From Deltaproteobacteria bacterium (GTDB lineage: Bacteria > SAR324 > JACQKK01), in contig JAOUPZ010000001.1 of assembly GCA_029879595.1 (NCBI GenBank), positions 1-29,539 on the forward strand: DNA of 29,539 nucleotides, in the 5' to 3' direction. This document shows, piece by piece, positions 18,451-26,059 of the stretch. The stretch's first letter is position 1, and each line of letters opens with the position of its first letter. The notes beneath the pieces are model-generated. The model saw nothing but the letters and a program-made list of their open reading frames with translations. It ran no database searches and was not told the origin of the DNA. The position numbers and the translations under genes are program-made.

Positions 18451-18494
18451 CGTATTTTTAAAATTTTATTAGCGTTTTGTTAGGATTTTGTTAG
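18451..18494 (-). promoter_or_regulatory. Pho-box-like 11-bp direct repeats with -10 element of the pst operon
   Basis: Minus strand reads CTAACAAAATC CTAACAAAACG CTAATAAAATT TTAAAAATACG (exact 11-nt period). TAAAAT at 18468-18463 lies 9 nt after the second CTAACA. An 11-bp period is the established geometry of PhoB/PhoP/SphR boxes. Confidence 0.7.
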
Positions 18495-18521
18495 GGAGGC
18501 CGGATATTTTTCCGGCAGGAA

Positions 18522-18552
18522 TTCCCCGCCCTCTCCGAAGGAGCGCGGGGAA
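18522..18552 (-). terminator. Hairpin between the SQR-like gene and the pst promoter
   Basis: TTCCCCGC...CTCC-GAA-GGAG...GCGGGGAA, 35 nt past the stop codon. No U-tract. Confidence 0.5.
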
Positions 18553-18587
18553 CCCGGTATGATCACTGGCCGGCGCTAAGGCCGGTC

Positions 18588-19847
18588 TCAGCTTGCCAGC
18601 ACGGAGGACATCACCTTGAGCCCGGCTTCCATGGCCGTCCAGGGAGCCCCGGCGTGGAAGGGTTTGCCCGCCCGGAACCGCCAGGGCAGATAATAGCCCA
18701 AAAGCTTCTTGCCCAGCCGCCAGGGCTTTGAGGAGCCCAGCTTGTAATCCGCGTAGGCCGACTCCGGCACTTCCAGCGGTCTGTCGGGATCACCAGTCAG
18801 GCGCAGCGGCACCTTGGCGAAGGTGGCCTTGCTGAACTGCTCCATCACACACATGGCAGTGGGATGGAACAGGACGTTTTCCGAGCTTGGCAGGATCTGG
18901 CGGGCCAGGTGGCTGGCCGTGGCGTCCGCCTGCAGAAAGGCCATGAAGGCCTGCTTGACCGGAAAATCTCCGTTGTCGCCCGGAGCGTAGATTTCCGGGT
19001 ATCCCTGCACCTTGCGCGTCTCCAGCTCGGTGGCGATGAAGCCCCGGTCATCGGCGGGAAGCCCCGGGAAGGGGGTGGAGGCCATATAGGGCGGAAAGGA
19101 AACCAGCACATCATAGGGCAGGCTTTCGCCGTTGCGGTACACCACCTCGCTGGCAGTGATCCGTTCCACCGCATATTCCCTGTGGCCATCAATGCCCAGC
19201 CGGGAGAACTCATCGGTGACAAAACCATCCAGCCGGGGCCCGAAAGCCTGAATGAATCCCTTCTCATAGGTGCTGTAGGTGATGTCCACGTTATCCCGGA
19301 CGCCCTGCTCACGCAGCCAGTAATCGGCCATGAACACTATCTCGTACAGGGGGCCGGAGCACTTGTTGTTGGGCGGCACCAGAAACAGCAGCTTCTGCCT
19401 TTTACCTTCCCGGGCCCGCTCCTTCAATGCCCCCAGGGAGGCACGGAGTTTGAGCATCTCATCGGGAGTGAAAATGGTCTGGGCGTACTGGCTCATTCCC
19501 GGAATCTCCTCCGGGCGCATCCTGCTCCCCGTGGCCAGCACCAGATAGTCATAGGGCAGATCGCCCTGGGAGGTTTCCAGAAGCCTGCTTTCCGGGTTCA
19601 CTCCCCGGGCCTGGGCCTGGATAAATTTCATGTTCTGCTTTTTGGTGGGCAGCGTCAGGGGAATCTTCAGCTTTTCCGGGTCCATCCCGAAGGGAATGTA
19701 GATGGTGTTGGGCTTGTATAAGAAGTGGTCCTTGTCTGAAACAAGGGTGATATCAACCCGGTCCTTGAGCTTCAGGCGCAGATAAAATGCGGTTTCCAGC
19801 CCGGCGAATCCTCCCCCTGCGACAAGTACTTTTGCTTTGGCGTTCAT
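18588..19847 (-). CDS. Sulfide:quinone oxidoreductase-like FAD-dependent oxidoreductase (419 aa)
   Basis: VLVAGGGFAG Rossmann motif, YDYLVLATG, KCSGPLYE (Cys at 19359-19361), YAPGD, AMCVME (Cys at 18849-18851), basic/aromatic C-terminal helix. GGAGG SD before ATG 19847. Confidence 0.75.
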   Translation of the reverse strand: MNAKAKVLVAGGGFAGLETAFYLRLKLKDRVDITLVSDKDHFLYKPNTIYIPFGMDPEKLKIPLTLPTKKQNMKFIQAQARGVNPESRLLETSQGDLPYDYLVLATGSRMRPEEIPGMSQYAQTIFTPDEMLKLRASLGALKERAREGKRQKLLFLVPPNNKCSGPLYEIVFMADYWLREQGVRDNVDITYSTYEKGFIQAFGPRLDGFVTDEFSRLGIDGHREYAVERITASEVVYRNGESLPYDVLVSFPPYMASTPFPGLPADDRGFIATELETRKVQGYPEIYAPGDNGDFPVKQAFMAFLQADATASHLARQILPSSENVLFHPTAMCVMEQFSKATFAKVPLRLTGDPDRPLEVPESAYADYKLGSSKPWRLGKKLLGYYLPWRFRAGKPFHAGAPWTAMEAGLKVMSSVLAS

Positions 19848-20102
19848 TTTAAAAACCTCCATCAAAATCCTTCCCCCAAACCGGGCGGCGGCGTAATCCG
19901 GAATACTCCGGGTACGAGCTGACCGGGTCCCGTGGTCAGGTTCTCAACGGCGGGAAAAGCGAATGCAATGGCTGGAGGCGCTCCAGGTTGACCGGGGACT
20001 ATTTGCCGGCACTTCCGGCGTTCATCCGCTCAACCCAGTTTCAGTATACGCCCGGTGCACCAGGGGTTAAGTGACAATGTACCACAGCGGGCACAATGGA
20101 GC

Positions 20103-21341
20103 TTAAAGCAGGCGGGTCATGAGGGGTATGCCCACCAAGGTGCCGATGGCCGAGCCCAGGTTGGAAAAGGCCACCACCAGTAGTATCCGGGTGATGGCGT
20201 TGCGCCAGAATCCCTTGATGGTTACGATGTCATCGGGGAGCTTCTCGAAATCGCTGACGCGGGGACGACGCACCACCGCCTCCACCAGGCCGGAAACCCA
20301 GCCGGCGGCCACCATGGGGTTGAGGGAGGTCAGGGGCGCGGCCAGAAACGCCGCCAGAATGGTAAGGGGATGACCCATGGCCAGGGCCGCGCCCAGGGCC
20401 GAAAGCACCCCGTTGGCCAGCACCCATACCTTGACCATCTCCAGGCTCACCTGGGAATCCACGGAGACGAAGCCGTAGACGATCAGCCCCACCACCGCCA
20501 GGGGAATCAGCCATTGCAGCCAGCGCAGCAGGGGGCTGGGAGGCGGCACCCTGCTCAGAGGGTCCAGGGGCACCGGTGAGGAATGCTCCTTGAGGTGCCT
20601 CAGTATTCCCGGCACATGGCCCGCACCCACCACCGAGACGATCTTTTCGCCCGGCGCGGTGATGATATGGTCGGCCAGCCAGGTGTCCCGCTCGTCGATC
20701 AGGATTCGCTTGGCCCGGGGAAAGGCCTTTGCGAACCCCTCCATGACCTGGCTGAGCATGTCCTTCTGCTTGAGCTGCTCAATCTCCTCGGCGGTGATGG
20801 AACTCTGGGTGACCAGCCCCCCCATGAACTGCATGATAAGCTTCGCCTTGTCCCATAACCTGAGGTGGGCCCAGGTGCGGCGCAGGGTGATCCTGATGTC
20901 CCGGTCGGCCAGCACCAGCTCCGCGCCGTGCTCAGCGGCGGACTCCACCGCCTGGATCATCTCCGCGCCGGGGCGGATGCCCAGGTGCTCGCCCAGCCGG
21001 CGCTGAAAGGCGGACATGATGAGATGGGCCAGGAGCAGGGTGGCCTGCTTGCGGCGGATCACCTGCACCAGATCCATGTTGCGCCAGGCCTGCTGGTCCA
21101 CCAGTGACTTGTGCCGGGCCTCGTCCAGCTCCACGCAGACCGTGTCCGGCTTTACCCGGGCGATCACATCGCGCACCTCCTCCACGCTGCGGGCGGAAAT
21201 ATGGGCCGTGCCCACCAGGTACACGGTCTTGCCGGCCACCAGCAGCACATGCTCGCCGGACGGGCTTTCCCCCTGGGCTGCATTTTCCCCGTCGGCCCGG
21301 GCCTCTGACTCCTCGTGGGGAGTAGGCGTTGTCTCATCCAT
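20103..21341 (-). CDS. TraB/PrgY (TraB-GumN/Tiki superfamily) protein with C-terminal TM helices (412 aa)
   Basis: YLVGTAH, VCVELDEAR, LADRDIRIT, LIDERD, VVGAGHVPGI, then TMs and PLTSLNPMVAAGW. ATG 21341 overlaps the mpl stop. Confidence 0.9.
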   Translation of the reverse strand: MDETTPTPHEESEARADGENAAQGESPSGEHVLLVAGKTVYLVGTAHISARSVEEVRDVIARVKPDTVCVELDEARHKSLVDQQAWRNMDLVQVIRRKQATLLLAHLIMSAFQRRLGEHLGIRPGAEMIQAVESAAEHGAELVLADRDIRITLRRTWAHLRLWDKAKLIMQFMGGLVTQSSITAEEIEQLKQKDMLSQVMEGFAKAFPRAKRILIDERDTWLADHIITAPGEKIVSVVGAGHVPGILRHLKEHSSPVPLDPLSRVPPPSPLLRWLQWLIPLAVVGLIVYGFVSVDSQVSLEMVKVWVLANGVLSALGAALAMGHPLTILAAFLAAPLTSLNPMVAAGWVSGLVEAVVRRPRVSDFEKLPDDIVTIKGFWRNAITRILLVVAFSNLGSAIGTLVGIPLMTRLL

Positions 21342-22880
21342 CTGCCGCTGCTCCGTCTGTTGTTTCCCGCCGGTTTTCCGCGGGAACGTCCCCCGGGTTG
21401 GCCCCCAGCGATTCCAGCAGTCGCTGGTGTATGTTGTCAAATCCCCCGTTGGACATGATAAGCACAATATCCCCGGGGCGGCAGTGCCGGGCCAGCAGGG
21501 TGATGATCGCCGTGGTATCCCCCGGGGCCTCGGCCCAGACCCCCTGAGCGCGCAGGGTGCCGGCCAGGGCCTCCGAATCCAGGTACTGCTGCCCTTCGGA
21601 GTAGGACGAGGTGAAGGGCCGGGCCAGCACCACCCGCTCGGCTCCGGCCAGGGCCCGCCCGAAATCATCCTGGAACCTGGCGGTGCGCGCGGTGAAGCTG
21701 CGGGGCTCGAAGACGGCCCAGACCCGGCGGCCGGGATAACCCTTGCGGATGCCGGCAATGGTCAGGGCCACCGCCGTGGGGTGATGGGCGAAGTCGTCCA
21801 TGACCATTACGCCCCCGGCCTCGCCGCGCACCTCCTGGCGGCGCTTAACGCCCAGAAACGACGACAGGGCGTCCTGCAGCGCTCCCCCGCCTGTGGGGCT
21901 CGCAGTGTTGCTGGCACCGGAGTGGGCCGTGAGCCCCTTATGCGCCAGCCCCCGCTTTTCCAGCTCGCGCGCCATGGCGATCACCGCGGCGGCGTTGAGC
22001 GCGTTGTAGCTGCCCGCCATGGGGACGGTCCATTGCTCACCGGCCAGGGAGAACTCCGCTGCGGGGCGATGCTCCCCGCCGGAACCCTCCAGGGGCCGCC
22101 AGCCGGCCAGCATGATCTCCGCCCCGGCCGAAAAGCCGTAGGTCAGCACCGGGCAGGACGCACGGGGCAGCAGTTCCACCACGTTGGGATCATCGGCGCA
22201 GGCGATCACCAGACCGTCCGCCGGCAGGCTCTCCAGCAGCAGCCCGAACTGGCCCTTGATGGCGTCCAGGTCCGCGTAGATGTCCGCATGGTCGAACTCG
22301 CAGCTGGTGAATATCACGATATCCGGCCGGTACTTGAAGAACTTGGGGGTCTTGTCGAAATATGCCGTGTCGTACTCATCGCCCTCAATGACGAATACCG
22401 CGCCCGGGCCCAGCCGGAAGTTGCTGCCGAAGTTGCGGGCGATCCCCCCGATAAGGAACCCCGGATCAAGGCCCAGCCCGGTCAGCACGTGAGCGGCCAG
22501 GGAGGTGGTGGTGGTCTTGCCATGGGTCCCACCACGGCCACGCAGGTGCGGTCCTCGATGGCGAAGCGCTTCACGGCCTCGGCCATGGAAAGGAAGGGCA
22601 ACCCCCGGCGGCGCATCTCGGCGGCCTCCGGGTTGGACTCGCTGATCACATTGCCCACCACCACCAGATCGGTGTCCGGGGGAATGTTCTCCGGGGCGTA
22701 TCCGGCGGCGAACTGGATGCCCAGCGCCGCCAGGTGGTCGCTCATGGGGGGGTAGACATTGCTGTCGGAGCCGGTGACGCGCATGCCGCGCGCCTGCAGG
22801 CTGCCCGCCAGGGCCGCCATGGCAGTGCCGCAGATTCCCATCAGGTGGACTTTTTGGGGAGTGTTCCCGGTATCGTTCAA
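21334..22880 (-). pseudogene. mpl: Murein peptide ligase Mpl interrupted by a 1-nt deletion (real or sequencing error)
   Basis: GICGTAM and DSNVYPPMS in ORF 22482-22880 (TTG start with AAGGA SD). IEGDEYDTAYFDK, DHADIY, DDFAHHP, FEPRS and MSNGGF in ORF 21334-22488. One extra G at 22528-22530 restores VVGTHGKTTTTS. Confidence 0.9.
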
Positions 22881-22934
22881 TTGCTGTTCCTTGTGGCTTA
22901 TGTTCCCGATGCGGCGCTACGGCTCTGATCGGCC

Positions 22935-22940
22935 ATTATA
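22935..22940 (-). promoter_or_regulatory. Possible sigma70 -10 box (TATAAT) for mpl-traB
   Basis: Perfect TATAAT about 55 nt upstream of the mpl start. No convincing -35. Confidence 0.35.
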
Positions 22941-22990
22941 ATCCCGTTTTGAGGTGCTGCGGGAAAAAATGCGAATATCTCCCCCGCCCT

Positions 22991-23797
22991 TCAGAAGGGC
23001 AGACTTGCGGGCGGTTCCAGGCTCATGCTCATCAGCCCCAGCGCCGTGGCGCTGATCTCCCCCTTCATGACCACCTCGCGGTCCGACACCGGCCCCTCAA
23101 TAACCCGGAAGCCTGAGCCATGCCCGTGAACGAACCCCCCGTTGCCGTCCGGCTTGAACAGCGAGCCGTAGCGGTTGTCCTGCAAGGGCACCCAGCGCAC
23201 GGGGGTTTGCGGCGTGACCGCGCCGGGAAAGTTCACGTTGAGCACCAGGGCCTCCGGCGGCAGCCCCTGCTTCAGCACAGCCGCCGTCATGTCGGCCATG
23301 CGCTCCGCGCAGGTCTGGGCAATGTCCCCGGCGTGGGCCTCATCCTCCCGGCGGGGGTCGGGCAGGCGCTTTTCCGTCATCCACAGGGCAAAATGCCGGG
23401 GCTCCAGATAGGCGCTGAAGGCCAGCGCGGGCAGTCCCTGCAGGGCCCCTTCCAGGGCGGCGCCGATGGTGCCGGAATTAAGCACGAACGCCAGCCCGGT
23501 GTTGGTGCCGATGTTGATTCCCGATATGACGAAGTCGGGCCTGGGATCGAACAGGTGATGCAGGGCCAGGTTCACGCAGTCCGAAGGCGTGCCTTCCACG
23601 GCGAAGGCGGGCACCCCGAACTCCGGGCGGGGCTCCACGGCCACCCTTCCAAAGCGGGTCATGGCCTTGCCGCGCCAGCTCTGCTCGTACCGGGGCACGG
23701 CCAGGCACACGTCCCCCAGGCGTCCCAGCTGCTCCACCATGGGGCGCAGCATGGGCGATTCCACGCCATCGTCGTTGACCACCAGGAAACAGCTCAT
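22991..23797 (-). CDS. surE: 5'/3'-nucleotidase SurE
   Basis: LVVNDDG, VPRYEQS, VEGTPSDCV, VISGINIGTN, SGTIGAALEG, LNVNFP. ATG 23797. Confidence 0.93.
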   Translation of the reverse strand: MSCFLVVNDDGVESPMLRPMVEQLGRLGDVCLAVPRYEQSWRGKAMTRFGRVAVEPRPEFGVPAFAVEGTPSDCVNLALHHLFDPRPDFVISGINIGTNTGLAFVLNSGTIGAALEGALQGLPALAFSAYLEPRHFALWMTEKRLPDPRREDEAHAGDIAQTCAERMADMTAAVLKQGLPPEALVLNVNFPGAVTPQTPVRWVPLQDNRYGSLFKPDGNGGFVHGHGSGFRVIEGPVSDREVVMKGEISATALGLMSMSLEPPASLPF

Positions 23798-24191
23798 TGT
23801 CTTTTTGCTCCGCCAGGGCCGCCCCTCGGGGCGGTCTTCCCCCATCCGCAATGCGCCCGCGGCCACCGGGCCGCCGCATGAAGAAACAAAACGGCTTGCT
23901 TGTTTGCCGGGGAGGGGGATAAAGTTATTTTCCCGTATTTATTCAGAGTAACCGTATTGGGACATCCGGCAGATGATCGGGATACCCGGCGTTTTACCCA
24001 GGATCGGTAAAGGTGCCTCCGGTTTCCTTCCCAGCCGCCCGCCCAGTACACCACAGCCTCCTTGAGAATAAGCGACCCGGGACGTTCATGGCAAATTATC
24101 CCATGACCCGGAGGGCCGGAGCGTTTATCCGGGAGTGGACACAGGCCGCCCACCCGGCGGTATGCACAGTATTTCCTCCGGAAGATACCCC

Positions 24192-25355
24192 ATGGACGCA
24201 CACCTGCTGGAAATTCAGAAGCGCCTGATCGGCTTTGACACCACCAGCCGCAACTCCAACCTGGAAATGGCCGGCTTTATCGCCGAAACCCTCCGGGCCC
24301 TGGGGTTCTCCGCGGAGCTGCTCCCGGGCGGGGAGGATGGCAAGGCCAACGTGTTCGCCACCCTGGGCCCGCCGGATCAGGGGGGGCTGATGCTCGCCGG
24401 CCACATGGACGTGGTGCCGGTGGACGGCCAGGACTGGAGCACCGACCCCTTTGAGCTGACACAAAGGGAGGGCCGGCTCTACGGGCGGGGCACCACGGAC
24501 ATGAAAAGCTTCATCGCCCTGTGCCTTGCCGCAGCGGGTGAACTGCGCGGTGCCCGGCTGGCCCGGCCCCTGCACCTGGCCTTCACCTACGACGAGGAGG
24601 TGGGCTGCAACGGTGCGGAAGAACTGATGCAGGCCCTTGTGGCCCGGGGCGGACCCCTGCCGGCCTGGGGGGTGATCGGCGAGCCCACCGGATTCCAGGT
24701 GCACAGGATGCACAAGGGTTACCGGGCGGTGGAGGTTCTGGTGCGGGGAGTGGAGGGGCACAGCAGCATGCCGGACCGGGGAGCGAACGCCATCGCCTGC
24801 ATGGGACGGGTGCTGGAACAGGTGGCCCGGGTGACCGAGGAATGCCGGGGGCGGAGATCCCTGGAGGAGCATTTCGAAATTCCCTACACCACCTTGAGCG
24901 TGGGGACCATCCAGGGCGGGTCGGCCATCAACATCATTCCCAACCACTGCGCCCTGGCCCTGGAATACCGGTTTCTGCCCACCGAAGACCCGGATTACGT
25001 GTTCCGGCAACTGGAGGGACATATCAGCGAGGTGCTGCGCCCGGAGTTTAAAAAACAGCACCCTGAGGCAGACATCGACATCCGGGTGACCCAGCACAAA
25101 CCGCCCATGATGCTGGAGCCGGGCTCGGAGGTGGAGCGGGCGGTGCTGGAGATTGCCGGACGGAACGCGGCCAGCGCCGCGCCCTACTACACGGAGGGCG
25201 CCATCTACAACCAGGCGGGGATTCCCACGGTGGTCTGCGGCCCCGGAGACATCGGACAGGCCCACCGGCCCAACGAGAGCATCTCCGTGGAGCAGATGGA
25301 ACAGGGCCTGGAGTATGTGCGCAGGCTCATCACCCGGTTTTGCCGCGGGGGCTGA
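24192..25355 (+). CDS. argE: Acetylornithine deacetylase (M20 family)
   Basis: LAGHMDVVP, LYGRGTTDMK, TYDEEVGC, GEPT, GHSS, GPGDIGQAHRPNE. Confidence 0.88.
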   Translation: MDAHLLEIQKRLIGFDTTSRNSNLEMAGFIAETLRALGFSAELLPGGEDGKANVFATLGPPDQGGLMLAGHMDVVPVDGQDWSTDPFELTQREGRLYGRGTTDMKSFIALCLAAAGELRGARLARPLHLAFTYDEEVGCNGAEELMQALVARGGPLPAWGVIGEPTGFQVHRMHKGYRAVEVLVRGVEGHSSMPDRGANAIACMGRVLEQVARVTEECRGRRSLEEHFEIPYTTLSVGTIQGGSAINIIPNHCALALEYRFLPTEDPDYVFRQLEGHISEVLRPEFKKQHPEADIDIRVTQHKPPMMLEPGSEVERAVLEIAGRNAASAAPYYTEGAIYNQAGIPTVVCGPGDIGQAHRPNESISVEQMEQGLEYVRRLITRFCRGG

Positions 25356-25430
25356 GCGGGCTAACGGCCGCCGGTGCCGTAATCAATAACAGAACCACGA
25401 ACATAAACACGAACAGGAACAGGATTCGGG

Positions 25431-26036
25431 ATGAACTGGGTTTTTGGATACGGATCATTGATGTGGCGGCCAGGCTTCAGACCAGCGGAGCGGCGCGCGG
25501 CGCTGCTGGACGGATACCACCGCAACTTCTGCCGCATGTCCTTCCGGCACCGGGGCACCCCAGAAATACCCGGCCTGATCATCGGGCTCAAAGAAGGGGG
25601 GCAGTGCCTGGGCATCGCCTACCGCATCCCGGACGAAACCCTGGAGGAGTCCATGGCCTACCTGGACGCCCGGGAGGGCGAGGGCTATCACCGGGTGCTT
25701 TTGCCGGTGTACATACTGCCTTCATCCCGGCAGCTTGATCCGGGCCCGGAGGACTTCGACGAGCTTTCCCACCAGGGGCCCCACGGAATGCGCGGTGGGG
25801 AGCGGGAGGAGGTGGTGCAGACCTGGGTCTATGTGCCCATCAAGGACCACCCCACCTATCTGCACAATGCCACCCGGGAGCAGCTTTTACAGCTTATCGC
25901 CCAGGGACGGGGGGAAAGCGGAACGTCCTATGAATACCTGCGCGACATGGTGACCGAAATAGACCGGCTGGGGCTGGACGAACCGGCCCTGCGCGAAGTG
26001 CTGGCCGACGTTAAGAAGCATATGGGACTGGGCTGA
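25431..26036 (+). CDS. chaC: ChaC-family gamma-glutamylcyclotransferase
   Basis: WVFGYGSLMW, RGTPEIPGL, YLDARE, G.SG...EYL motifs. Confidence 0.9.
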   Translation: MNWVFGYGSLMWRPGFRPAERRAALLDGYHRNFCRMSFRHRGTPEIPGLIIGLKEGGQCLGIAYRIPDETLEESMAYLDAREGEGYHRVLLPVYILPSSRQLDPGPEDFDELSHQGPHGMRGGEREEVVQTWVYVPIKDHPTYLHNATREQLLQLIAQGRGESGTSYEYLRDMVTEIDRLGLDEPALREVLADVKKHMGLG

Positions 26037-26059
26037 GGACGTCACCGGGGGGACGCCCT

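Noticed and set aside
18519-18556. Resemblance of GAATTCCCCGC...GCGGGGAACCCG to a type I-E CRISPR repeat
   Set aside because: Single copy, loop much longer than in I-E repeats, and it sits where a terminator-like hairpin is expected.
21342-21758. 140-aa N-terminal extension of the TraB ORF in the track
   Set aside because: It is an alternative frame of the mpl 3' end. The coupled ATG at 21341 is the sensible start.
22520-22540. Programmed -1 frameshift in mpl
   Set aside because: No X XXY YYZ slippery heptamer and no precedent known to me for Mur ligases.
21016-22755. Long antisense or alternative-frame ORFs (839-1882, 5503-6327, 13239-14573, 16033-17208, 21016-22755 and others)
   Set aside because: Shadows of well-supported genes in GC-rich DNA, with no motifs or RBS.
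23930-23950. ARG box upstream of argE (TGAATAAAT on the minus strand)
   Set aside because: Only one half-site matches, and none was found upstream of argF.
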